A DNA stretch of 64,000 bases from Girardia tigrina (taxonomy: Eukaryota): the NCBI GenBank assembly GCA_001938485.1, contig MQRK01227159.1, positions 62,001 to 126,000 on the forward strand, written 5' to 3'. Position numbers and translations under genes: made by a program. Positions 1 to 13,500 of this stretch are shown piece by piece. Numbering within the stretch: position 1 is the first letter of the stretch; every line of letters starts with the position of its first letter. The notes beneath the pieces are model-generated. The model saw nothing but the letters and a program-made list of their open reading frames with translations, had not been told where the DNA came from and did no database searches.

Positions 1-1760
1 TTCGTTATTCCATTGTGGATATCTTTCCGATATTTTTACAACATTTCAATCGAAGCAAAATAAAGTCCACAATCTATACACACTCTTTCCTTAATCATGT
101 TTGCAACGGATGGACAGTTAGAATCATAATGATTTTGATCAGCAACAAATCAATCACTAAGTTCTGAAATAATGTGTCGAATTTTATATGTGTATCTTTT
201 GATTTTGCAATCTTCAAATTTGTATCATACTTTAGAGCGACAGGCCCAGGAAGAAATCTTTTGAGGAATAAATGTCAAATATAAGCGCTCGGAGCTGTAC
301 AGCATTTGATGTTTTGACATTTTACGGTGAATTAAATATTGTGATGTCTTTACGTGCGTCATCTTCGAAGCTTCTGTTTGTTCGCCATTTGAGGAAATTT
401 CATCATTTTCTGGATACACATATTCAGAAATGACTGGAAAGTCATCTATTATGGCATTGCTGAAAATAGAGAGCGACACATCGTATCGTACATCGTTGAA
501 AATGGTCGATGCATCGTTAACGATGCATCGAAACACGCATCGTTAACAATGCATCGAAAAACTTTCATCGTTAAACGATGCATCGTTAACGATGAATCGA
601 AAAACTTTCACCGTTAAACGTTGCATCGAAAAACCTTCATCTTTAAGGATGCACCGGAAAACCTTCATCGTTAAACGATGCATCGAAAGACTGCTTACCT
701 TTGTTATCTAACATATATTGAAACCACACATATATTGAAACTTAAGAACACCCCCTCACCCCACACATCACAATCCTCCATTGATGACATACAACAAGAC
801 AACACCAATTGCCGATAATGGTGACATACTTCGTTATTGGAAAAATCAAGCAGATAATTATCCGAAACTTGCTCGCTTCGCAAAAAGACTATTGACGATT
901 CCAGCAGCTTCCTCCAGCTTTGAACGACTGTTTTCCACAGCTGGAAATATATGTGGTGAGAGAAGAACAAATTTGTCAGAATCCAAAGTTGAAAAACTAG
1001 TTTATATAAAAGAGAACTTAAGACAGATGAAGAAAATGAATAATGTGCCTTTTATAGTTTGATTCAATTTTNNAAAAATAAATTTGAAATTTTCTTGTTT
1101 CCTTTTTTGTAAATTTTCTTTGCCATTATTATAGCACAATAGTAAATATCAATGACCAAATAAAAATTTAGATTTGAATTCAGCTGCTTTATAATAAATT
1201 GTTATTTTCGATGCTTTCTTTAACGATGAAGGTTTTTCGATGCATCGTAAACGATGCGTGTTGCGATGCATCGTAAACGATGCATCGAAAATGATGCATC
1301 GAAACAAGCATCGTTAACGATACATCGACTCATCGTTAAACGATACATCGTCGCTCCCTAGCTGAAAATATTAGCAAGTGCTTCTACAGCATAATCAAAT
1401 TTTCTCTTTCTAATTCTTGTTTTGGAAATTTGTGTCCTTGAATACTTTGAGCTCCTTGAATATTTATTTCCTTTACTGGCTTTGCCGTCGGAAGAACAAT
1501 ATGTTTACGGGTTGACGGTATTGGAGACTCACAGTTGGTTGTTGAAGATTTAGGTCGTTAAAAATGTCAATATCGGTTTTCGGACCTTATAAAGCCTTTT
1601 TAATTCCTTGATTTTTTCTTCATCCTTCTCTGAAAAATCTCCTTTAGTTTTTATACTCTTCCAGAACTATTTACAAAATTTTTGCAACTTTTGAACGAGC
1701 AAATATTGACCGGCAAGATTTATTATTTCTTTAAAGATTCAAACCCATAATTTAAATATT
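1..1760 (-). mobile_element. Degenerate, internally deleted Zator-like DNA transposase remnant, interrupted by a hAT element
   Basis: With the hAT insert removed, the minus strand reads FDYAVEALANIFSNAIIDDFPVISEYV...HVKTSQYL..VKCQNIKCC...CPSVANMIKERVCIDCGLYFAS. I recognise these motifs from Zator-type transposases; there are frameshifts and stops. Confidence 0.55.
467..1360 (+). mobile_element. Non-autonomous hAT element (894 bp) retaining only the C-terminal dimerization domain
   Basis: TIRs TAG(A/G)GAGCGAC, perfect 8-bp TSD GCTGAAAA (459-466, 1361-1368), ORF 781-1062 with YWK..YPKLARFAKRLLTIPAASSSFERLFSTAG (Dimer_Tnp_hAT), and subterminal CATCGTTAA(A)CGATG arrays. Confidence 0.92.
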
Positions 1761-2439
1761 CGCCGGGCTATTTTATTTGTGTTTTATTTTCAAGACTTTA
1801 CATTACTCTTAATGTGAATATAAAATTAAAAAATCATTTTAGTTATGCTAGTATTTTACATTATATTTACTCATGGTTTTAAACCAATCATTATATTATC
1901 TCCCGGAAAGAATTATCCAACCAGAATAATAATTTGAGTAGAACTTTGGTTCAGTTGACATAAATTAATTTACATCCTTTTTTATTTAAGATCTATAAAG
2001 TTGTCATTATTGTGACACAAAATCTTTCAAAAATAAGAATATGTAACAAAACACAAATTTTCTTAACTTAAATACAAAAAAAGAAACAATTACATTAAAA
2101 TTCTTCATTTCTGAAAGGGAAAGAATTCGAACAAAAAAGTCGAGAATTAATTGAAGTTAAGAGGAGCTGTTTTTATTTTAGAAAAGGATAAAAAGAAAAA
2201 AAACTTGATCATGGACCTTTCCAGGTTAAAGGCTGAAGCAAATCACTAATCAAATATAATATTAACCATACTCAGTTTTGTTTGTAGTTAATCTTACGGC
2301 TTAAAGATTCCAAGGACGTTCTTTTAAAATCATATTAGTCTCATCAATCCATGATTAAAAGTATTTCAATGAATAATTAGAATCTCGGTTATCAAATTAT
2401 ACAAATTTTGTTTTGATTCTTTCTTAGTTTGAAAGATTT

Positions 2440-3340
2440 ATTATTATGAGGCTGTTTGAATCGATTTGTAAATAAACAACTCTCACTGGATTCTGATTGT
2501 GGCAGACCTGAGAGCAAATTTGATCCACTCAATTGACCCAACTAAACCATTGGCAAGTGAAAGCCTAGCTCAATCTGTATATGCTGCTGTCAATATCATT
2601 GCTCGATTGACGTTACAGGAATCAAAATTGATTATGAGCATTCCCCATTCTTCCAATTTAGTCATATTATCAACGACTCTGGACCACAGATCTGAGGAAT
2701 CATGGAAGAAATGTCCAACAATAAATATCCTTCTAACATAAACATAAATCATTTTAGATAAAATTATAACTCACTGAAAAATCGTTTTACAGAGTTCCAT
2801 CGCTATAAAACTCCCAACAAAACCAACTCAACATGTCATCCCATGCTCTATTCCTAGACAGTCCTGATGCATTCAGTATAATTGAACTCCGAATGAGAAA
2901 AGGTATATTTTTTGATTCCTGTAAATGGATAAAAAACATATAACCCAAATGCTCTTATCAAGTAATTTGTGGATATTGACAAGATTTATTTAAAATTTGG
3001 AGCATGAAATGGTTTCCAACTATCAATTGTTTTCTTCAACATTTGGATCAATCCTTTCAGAATTTTATTCGATAAAATGAGTGTTAATGTTATCAGCACC
3101 CGAAAACATTTAGTCTGTGGAATGGTTTGAGCTGATGATATCGTTCTTCATGCTTACAACAAACTTGCTGTCCAAGAAAGGGTAATTGCGACAGAAACGA
3201 TTGCAAACATTATTGGACTAACTTTCAGAACTAGTTGATTACATAGTATCCCGCAAAACAATTTAAATTGTTTACAAATAAACAATGAAGAAGTCTGAAT
3301 AATAAAACAAGGGGAGTACAAATCTACCTTAGCACTATTG
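2440..3340 (+). mobile_element. Highly degenerate non-LTR retrotransposon (LINE) fragment
   Basis: Residual endonuclease-like WILIVADL and RT-like ADDIVL motifs in broken frames. Confidence 0.35.
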
Positions 3341-4143
3341 CGTTAACTATACATTAACCTCAAACATTTATTTTATTAATGTTTTCCTTACAATTTTCAA
3401 AAATGTATCAAAAATGTATCAGTTGTTCATATGTTATATCAATGTTTCTAGAATTACTAAGTATTCTTAGGAAGTACTTCTCATTCTTCCTTTCTATAAG
3501 ATTAATACTTAAAGACTTGCTTTTCAACTATTCTAGTCTTGCTCTTAATTGTAAGATGTTAAAAAGCTTTATTAATTTAATATCGAACAATAATTATTTA
3601 TTATAATTATTATCTAAACTTTAATCAAAAAAATAATTATAATTAATTAAATTAAATTGTATATTACCTTAAATAAATATATTTAATGGTTTATATTAAT
3701 AATTTAATAGGATGTAAATGATATTTTAAGCATGAAAAGTTTTTAAATTAAATGTTCCTATTGAAAGAAAAAATTTAAAAGAAAGAAGAAAATCAACGAA
3801 ATCAAGTATCTATTTAATTTTTTTCAATACTTGTTGAGACATTCTTGTATAAAAGGAAGGCATTCTTATATCTTTTCAACATAAGAAAAAGGAGAATATA
3901 AATTTGAAACCGAAAACAAGTTAATGAAAAAGGAAAAATAAAAATTGATGTGATCATTTAAAAAAAATAAAAAAAATAATTTGGTGTTAAATTATACAAA
4001 ATACAAACGTTTATATTTTTTTAAAATTAATTTCCAAAGATGCATTTTATAAATATATTTTAATTAAATTTTAAACTAATGAATTATCTATTTCATAATA
4101 TTTTAAAGTTTTATTAATAAATAACATTTTATAATTATTTTAG

Positions 4144-4507
4144 TTCATTGGAATCAGAGGCAGTTTTTACAAATAATGGTGGAGTAACTCAGAGAACAGA
4201 AACGAATAATCTTCTTATTAAACCTCAGTTAGAAAAAACTCGAAGAATCAGTACAGGAATGATGAAAATGGAAGTAACCGGTACTGAATCAGATGGACTA
4301 AATGAGCTTGAAACTCAGGCTACAAATACAGATTTATGCATTACAAATTCCAATGATAAACATATACTTTCATCAGCCGAAGCTCCAGATTCTATAATCT
4401 ATTCCAAATCAGTACCTTCGTCAAGAAGGACCGGTAGTCTTGATTATCCAAATATGACTTCACGGAATTCCAAATTTCAAATAATGAAAGAAGAAGATTA
4501 CAGCCAA
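4144..4507 (+). CDS. RASGRF: RasGRF exon (low-complexity linker region)
   Basis: ttttag acceptor, open frame [11 protein letters not shown]...EEDYSQ, gtaaaa donor; ends in phase 0, matching the next exon. Assignment to this gene rests on phase and order only. Confidence 0.65.
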
Positions 4508-7500
4508 GTAAAATTTAATTATTTTATTCCGTAGGTTGCGGATATAAAATCATTAATGATTTTTTGATGATAACTTGTCATTGATAAGTGTTAAAACATG
4601 AAGGAGACGTTTTAATTGTGTTTTTTAAGTTTTATATTGAGAATTTTTTTTACTTTTATCTTTTATAAAAGCTTTTGCTCAAGTTGAGCTGTTATTAGTG
4701 AAAAAATTTTTAATAAAGGAAATCTAGAAAGGTAAAAGAAGTATTGCGGTAAAAAAATCCATGTAAGTAAGTAGTGTAGATATTTAGATTTTGGCAACTT
4801 TGATCCCATAAACATAGTTTATTCTGATATATATTCGAAATTGTATGATAACGACAGGAGAGTTTTCTTGTAAGCACTTGAAATTGTGAATATATGGGTT
4901 CTTATAGTAACTTGATTTGTGTTAGGAGGTGAATCAGATACATTTACATAAGATCAGATACAAATTACATAACAAAGTTTTTCTAAAAATTTTGGAAAAA
5001 CAAGTTAAATAATGACTCATTTTATAGTTAAACAAGTTTTTTGAAGTAAACATATGCCCTAAAAGAACAGTAGCAAAGTTATTCAATAAATTATAAGTTT
5101 TAAAAATTTTGATTTATCGATATTTAAATTAATTTCATCGATTAAAACAATAAATCGATCAATTTTTAATTAAAATTTGATCCCTAGAATCCATATTGTT
5201 TATTTAGAGTGTGTTTTAATTTTGACAGTGCTCATGTTTCACCTTTATTCAGCGAAAATGAACCGATATTCTACAGAACAACGATGTTTTATGGTTTTAT
5301 TTTATCGGGATACGAATTTACCATCAGAAGCGGTTAAATTATTCAAGAAAAGTTTGGAAATCACCACAATATAGATCCAAAGACAATTAAAAGGTTAATA
5401 AAGGCATTTAAATTAATTAAACTATTTTTATCATTATTTCAGTTAATGAATTATTCTTGAAAAGCAAAACCAATGAAAAAATCGATATCTCAATAAATTT
5501 TATTTGTTATCAAATTTTCTATATATAATAATACATTAAAACAATACCAATAATAATTCCAATTCTTTTTCAAATTTACATTTTTTCCATTACAAAAACT
5601 AAATTAACTAAAACATAAAATTTTCTAATCTCAAACTTTTTTAATTCAATTAATTTTCATTTTTCCAAATTTTACAATTCACTCACAAAAAACTCGATTA
5701 ACCAACACACCAACTTTCTCATACTTTAAAACATTTTTTTTACCTTTTATATTCTCAAACACAAGATGGTGCTAGACAGTATAGAACCTTCGAAGTATTC
5801 GATTATCTTTCAGAATATTTCGACTGTCGAATAATTGTATTGGATTGACAGAAATTTACTGGTAAAGGAATATGTTGGCCTCTTTATTCACCTGATTTGA
5901 ATCCATATGATTATTTTCTTTGGGGATTCATAAAGGATGGTATTTATAGAACTCCAGTGGTTAATTTGGAAGATTTAAAAATCGAATTCAAGAGATCCCT
6001 CTTGAAATGTTATAAAGAGTTGTAAGCAACTTTGAGCAACTATTAAGAAATGTAATTGTTTCAGAAGTATCTCACTTTGGAAATCGTTTATATTAATAAA
6101 TATTGTTTTTATTGAATAACTTTGCTATTGTTCTTTTAGGGCATATGTTTACTTCAAAAAACTTGTTTAAAATTGAATGATCTATAAAATGAGTCATTAT
6201 TTAACTTGTTTTTCTAAAAATTTTTGAAAAACTTTGTTATGTAATTTGTTATATGATAGTAGATTTTTTAAAAAATTTTATTAGTCAATATACAATATAT
6301 AAATCCTAAACTTCAATTTAACATCAAAATTAGCGAAGGCATACCATGTAGGAAACAAAAAAACTGAGTAAAAGATGTTAAGTCATTGTCAAATTATAAC
6401 TATTTGAATTAATTGTAATCATGTCTACAAATGTCATATTTGACAGCCTAATAAAATTTATAAAATATTCATAATTATAATATTTTTATTTATAATAGAT
6501 TGAGATTAAAAATAAAGATTTCACAAAAATTTGTTTTAAAAAACTATGATTGTGTTATAAATATAATTTTTGTGTTCAGCTTCATACCAAGATAAATTTA
6601 TAAAAAAGTCATGATCTGAGTTTGGTGGAACTTTGAAAGAGTGTGTCATTTGTAACTTGAGTGAAATGGTTACTTTATAGATATTGATCTTTCATGTCAA
6701 CTGTTTTAAAAAGTCTAGTTCTAAGTTAGTCCAAATGGTTCCGGTAGAAAATGCTTAATTGCACACTGCCTGACAAACAAAGATGAAGTTTGAAGACGCT
6801 GACTACAATCAGATTTCGATCTTTTCAACTTAATGCAAAACCTTTTGAAAGAGAATTGTTTTGAATTATACGAAGAATATTACCAATTTGATATTACCAA
6901 TATTACCAATATTGATCAGATCTCGAAGATCACAGATTGATTGTAAAATGTTATAGATAATTATTGTTTGTATCTTGAAGAAATATTTTGCTTATTTTCG
7001 AATAAATCATTGCATAAAATTTTATGTTGGGTAAAATAATAATTAGTATATCTGATATATACGTGGTGCGCCCAATAAGTCGTGAGACTAGTATAGAAAG
7101 ACTTAAGATATCAACACAGCAGTTTGAATTTAGAACAAGCCTGGTAAATAGGCATCATTTCTCAAAATAATTTACTTGAGCACTGACACAATTTTCCCAG
7201 TGAATAACGAAGCTTTTGAAGGCGTTTATGAAGAATTCTGGAGACATTTCTCCCAGAAAACTCTCCACGGCGGCTCTCAAATCATGTTTGTTGACAAACA
7301 CCTGACCCTGTAGATGCTTCTTAAGATGGTCAAACAGGAAAAATTTGAACGGAGCCAAATTGAGGCTATATGGAAGTTAGGGGAACAAATTGAGCCCTCA
7401 ACGCTCAATTGTGACCATGGAAACGCTGCTGATGTGGTTTGGAGCATTATCATGTAAAAATTAGAGTACTCTTGCGCCGTACCTTCCTTACTTACTGCAG

Positions 7501-10500
7501 AATTTTGGAATAAAAAGAGCTATTGATCTTCACGCCGGATTCAGCAAAGTCAGTCAGAATAATGCCATTGGCGTCCTAAAACAACGTCAGCATGAGAGCC
7601 TTTCGCTGCTAAGTTTAGGACCGCATTTTCAGTGAGCTGCTTTCTCCTGACATTTTCCATTCTTGTGAGTCGATAAAGGGACAATGGTATCTGGTCCACA
7701 GTGATGATATTATCAATGAAACAGTTTCCAACATTGCTCCTGCTCTGCAGATTCTCCAATCAGCATTCTAAACGTCGTTGTCGCATTTCCATCGTTAAGA
7801 AACATGACAAAAAAACTGGAACATAATTTTTGAATACCACTTTCAGTGAGGAGAGTATACTGAGTGCCTTTCCTTGCATTTTGATGGGTTGTCAGCTCTC
7901 TCGTCGTTATTCTTCTCTCGTTTTGCACGATTATCTGCAGCTTTTGCTTAATTTTTTCATCAATTTCCGAGGGTCTTCCAAATCTTTCTTCATCCACCAT
8001 GGAGATTCTACACTCTGAAAGTAATTGAAACAACGATAAATTGTTGCTGTGGATGAGCACTCTTGTTGGTAAACATCTTTCAGTTCAGAAAGAACTTCTT
8101 CTCTATTTTCTCCTTTCAGAAAGAGAAAGCGAATAACACTATTGTATTGAATAGTTCCAAATGACATTTTTTGAATATTCGCAAAAATTGACTTAAACAG
8201 TAATGGATTATTACAAAAAAATACATTTTCTTAACATATATTAGGTTGGTCGATTTTTGAGCTTTATACTTTGTTTATCTACTTTGATATGTATATAAGT
8301 TTAAATGCATTAATGTTAGATATTATTTGAAATATTATGCCTAGCTGTATATTCATATAGCCATTATTAACATATTACTGTTATTTTTTAGAATATTTAC
8401 GGTGCTAAATTAATAATGAAAAAAATTAAAATTCGAGCAATTTTCTTGTACGAATTTAAACTGGGTCGTAAAGCAGTAGAAACGGCTCACAATATCAAAA
8501 AAACGTTTGGCAAGGGAACAGCTTCTGAGCTCACAGTGCAACGATGGTTCCGAAAATTTTCTGATGGAGATGAAAACCTTGAAGATGAAGAAGGTCGTGG
8601 TCGTCCAGTTGCTGTGAACAACGACAATTTGAGGACAATGGTGGAAACAGATTCCCGTACAACAATCAGAGAACTTGCTGATGGGTTTGGATCATTTAAA
8701 ACAACTTGGAAAAATCAAGAAACTTGATAAATGGGTTCCACATGATTTGAATGAAAATCAAAAGAACCGACCCTATGAAATATGTTCTGCCAATCATCTT
8801 CGCAATAAAAAAGATCCATTTCTTGATCGTATTGTTACCTGTGATGAGAAATGGATCCTGTATGATAACCGACGTCGATCTGCACAGTGGTTGTACAAAG
8901 ATGAAGTACCGAAACACTTTCCAAAAACGAAACTAACACCCCGTAAGGTTATGGTGACAGTTTGGTGGTGTGATGCTGGAATCATCAACTATAGTTTCTT
9001 GAATCCAGGTGAAACAATCACAGCGGAGAGGTACTGTCATGAAATTGATGAAATGCATAAAAAATTGACTCTTCAAAAGCTTAATGAGTTGGGCTATGAA
9101 ACCCTGCTTCATCCACCATATTCACCAGACCTCTCACCAACGGACTTCTACTTTTTCAGGCATTTGTACAACTTCCTACGTGAAAAACATTTCAAAAACC
9201 AAAATGATGCTCAAATGCCTTCCAAGAATTCGTCGCTTCGAGAACCGATGCATTTTTTGCTGATGGAATAAAACAACTTGCTTCTCGTTGGCAAAATGTA
9301 TTGATGCCAACGGTTCATACTTTGATTAATAAACTTTTGTTTCTGTGAATTTGCACGTCTTTGAAGTTTGTGTCCCATACCTCACATGTATGGAATGTTT
9401 GAGGTGTGATCTTTGTATTGTTGTGTAATAGGTCACGACCGAAATAGTGTGTATGGTGAAATGAATGAGTGTATGTTTGACCCAAATTGATGACGGCATT
9501 AATCAATATATATACTGATGATATTCCTCATTTTATTGTCTTTTAAATAAATATTATGACAGTCTCGAAGTCTTCTAACAATATATCTATATTGAAGTTT
9601 CAATAAGTGTGTATCGATTTTTTCACTTTTATTAATTCTATATTAATCTCACGACGTATTGGACGCACCACGTATATTTATGTATTCTTGAGCGAGTAAA
9701 TTCAAGAATTACATTTACACATATATATGTATGTTATGCCGAATTTGTGTAACTGCCGAATTCTTGAATTCGGCAACAGTTTGCTGAAATAGTGAACTTT
9801 ATGAACTATTCAATTTTTGTCAAATTCATTAACTATATGAAAAATTGTAATTTAAAATAAAAGAATATGCATTTAATATGAAAAAAATCAATTTAATATG
9901 AAAAATATATTTTAATATAAAAAAATCAAATTAACGTAAAATTCTTTACTTAATATGAAAAAATATGTATTTAATATGAAAATTTAGGTACGCCGACTTT
10001 ACCGTGGAAAATTTACAAAAAAATTGTCAATAAGTGAACAATTTCATCTAAAATATGAATAAAAATTTTTAATTATGTTATGATAAAACAATGAATCATA
10101 CAAAGGTTTTAATTTTAAAACATAAATGGATAGAAAATTTCAAATCGACATGACATTTAATTATTCTTTTTAATATAAAAAATAAACAAACATACGAAAA
10201 ATTAGTAAATCCCTAATTAAAAAAATTCAAATAACATTCTAGAACAAATGAATAACACACCAAAAAAATGTGATGTGTAAATAGAAGAAAGATACAAAAA
10301 CATTAAACTGATATATTAAAATAATGGAGTAGTAAATATATACTTTAATCCAAAAAGTTTAAATTATGAGCAACGCCTCTAAGATAATCCAATATTGGTA
10401 AATTATTGTATTGCTCAACGACACGTTCAATCCTCTCACTTACTTTGGCATAAATTCGCGTTGAGAATTGTGGGAATTCTTCAATTCTAATGAGAATTCT

Positions 10501-13500
10501 AATGCGCTGCAAAATTAGTTCAACAACATCTTGAACAGTACGAAATTGATTTATCAAACTATAAACAGTTTGGTGATTGCAAGCGATAAAAATTTGAAAC
10601 GCACGATGCCAACCTTCTTTTGCATTGTTTGTGCGTGGTAGATGAGAAATAACGCGGTCATATGATAATATGACGCGTTGCTCACATTCCAACACTGAAT
10701 TGAATATCGAGGACGTAATTTTCGTTCTCCACGACCACGGCCAATATATGTATCCTCAAAATATGCAAAAGCATCATCGAGTTCTGGATAATCATTAGAA
10801 AGATCAAGTAAAACCAAAAAGGCAGTGATAACAACATCCACAGGAATAAACGTTAAGGCCATCAGTGATTTCAGAATGGTTCTAATTTCATCATTGTTTG
10901 AATAGAGATCTGGAAGATTTGATGCTTCTTTTATTTTTTTGCAAATTGATTGGTTCAGATGAAAAAAACAGCCTTTAACAGTAGCATTGCAAAATACAGT
11001 GAAAACAGCGTTCATTGCTCCTTTTTCAAAATCCATCATAATAGTTTGTGGATTTAAATTTGGTCGTTGTCTTAAAAGCTCTTGAAACATACGAGTGTAA
11101 TTTAATTGAGTTTTATTGATCTTCAATGCATAAACAAGAGGCAATACTTTGTTTTATTTTAAAGCATGTATAGTATAAACTTGGTAAAATAATCGAGGGG
11201 CGACAGAGAATGTCCCATCCATAAACCAATTTTCACAAGAAGCCATCAGATTTATGTTTGCAGTTGTACTGAAGAGCGTTATCCGGTTGGCATCATTAGA
11301 TTCAGAATCGTATATCAAAAAAGATTCATTTCTAGTTGTAAACCTAAAATTTTCAGGAACATTTATTTCTGAAAGATGACTTGGATTTGGCCAAGGAGCA
11401 TTCTCTTGTTTTCGTTTTCGTTGAATTGTACGTTGACTAGAGCAATAACTTGGAAGAAATATTGCAGCTTCAAGTGGAATCCCAGTCTTAGATTTCTGAA
11501 TAATTTGCCTCTGGGCCTCTACTGTCTGCGATGCACGAGTTGCAACCACCTGAGTAATGTGCATAGCGACAACTTTATCTGCATATGCAACAATCGGATT
11601 TCCAGATTTTGAAGTAAATAATTGAAGATTCATGCTGCAAAAAGTGTGAGAAAAAACTTTTTTGAAATTTATAATATTTTAAGGTATATTTTTAAAGGCA
11701 TATTAACGTAAATGGAAAATTTTATTATAAATATTATATTTCAATAAAGTATTATTCAGTAACAATGGCAAAAAATATCTTAATTAAAAATTTTAAGAAA
11801 ATTGAATTTATTTAATTATTTAATATTAATATTATAAATTTTTAATATTTTTTTTGAAAAAATCCGCGGTAAAGTCGTCCGCGGTAAAGTCACCTCACTG
11901 AAAATTTCTCAATTTAATATGAGAAAATATTGATTTAATATCAAAAATACTGTATTTAATATGACAAAAATAGCAATTTATCATTAAAAATTATCAATGT
12001 AATATGAAAAAATAAATTACATATGAAAAAGTCTTAATTTATTATGCAAAATTACTCCAAATGTAAAATTTCTATTCATAGTTAGTTTTATACCTACTTC
12101 CATCTGGGTGGGAGAATCACCATTCTAAGTTCAACATACTTAAATCAACATACAGCATCCATACATTCACAAATTCAAACACTTTAAAATATTCCTCACA
12201 CAACACACTAATTTTTATTCATAGTTAGTTAAACCTCTTCCTTGGTGGCAAGCTGAATTACAAACGTTTGTATTTTAAAAGCATTTTTCATATTAAATTT
12301 ATATTATTTCATATTAAATATTAATATCAATTTCATAATTGAATTAAAAAATTTTTTTAAAAAATAGCCGAGTTCGTGAATTCAGCAAATCGGTTGTCTA
12401 ATTCGTGAATTCTGCAAAATGGCTGCCGAATACACGAATTCAGCAATTACTCAAATTCTGCATAACATGTATACCATATATTTTACTTGATTTTTTGAAT
12501 GTTACAAACTTCTGTTGATGTTTGTGGCTGCAAACTTATCTGTCATAGACCATTAAAACTTTTACTCTATCTATGTTCTAATTATGATACTAAAATAAGT
12601 TTCTATTCGTATTTTATGTAAAAATGTTTAAAGCAAAGTTAAGATACATTATGAGGAGTATGGAGAAAGACATGAATCTAAAGTCCCAAGACATGACAAC
12701 AAGTCTTACTGATTGTCCTTTAAATTTTTTTACTTGTAACTATCATTTTACGTTTGTGATTATTTTAACATTATAAAGTAAAATCTAAGAGTTCAAATTT
12801 TCATCCGAATCAAGCGTTATTTTAAAAAAAAACTTTGTCTTACATTTCATTTCGACTTTAAAAAAAATAATTATCGAAAAACATTACAAAAAAATGTAAA
12901 TTATTAGAATTTGAATAATCTGAAGGTTTTACAAATTGATTGTTTAATTAATTTTGCAGAAATTAAAAGACTTCAATTAATTATTAAATAAGATTCTCAG
13001 GGAATTTTTGGGAGTTCGTGAATCAAAACTAATTAATTTCATTATTTTTTAAGTTAATTATAATTTATTATGAAACTGAAGTAATTTTGAATAGTTAAGA
13101 TTGTTTGCTGAAGAAAAGAACTTATTTTTATCAAAAATCATTTAAGTCTTGGACCATTTGAACGTCTAGGGCATATTTGGAAAAATTGTTCAGGAAATCT
13201 TAGAAAAATTATATTTTCTATAAATTTCTTTAATTTTTTCCTTATATTTTTTGTAATAATTTTAAATGAAAAAAACGGTAAATATTTATCCACAAATACT
13301 TTTTTGGATGCATCTCCATAATTCCCCTCAAAACTAGAATATTAAAAAAACTTCCACAATTCAAATAATATATTCGCAAGGCAAGTGATTAATTCCAACT
13401 GATCAACTGTCATCATCAGATTAAACTTACAATTACTTACTTTCTCATTTATATACCAAAACAATGGATTCCTTTCTGGAAAAGGCTTAATTCATCGATT

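Noticed and set aside
478-700. Regularly spaced palindromic repeats resembling a CRISPR array
   Set aside because: There are no unique spacers or cas genes; the repeats lie just inside hAT TIRs and are mirrored at the other end.
6786-6832. Fourth hammerhead-like motif (TTGAAGA-C-GCTGA..TCAGA-TTTC-GATC)
   Set aside because: Both core boxes are altered and there is no recognisable Penelope coding sequence nearby; too weak.
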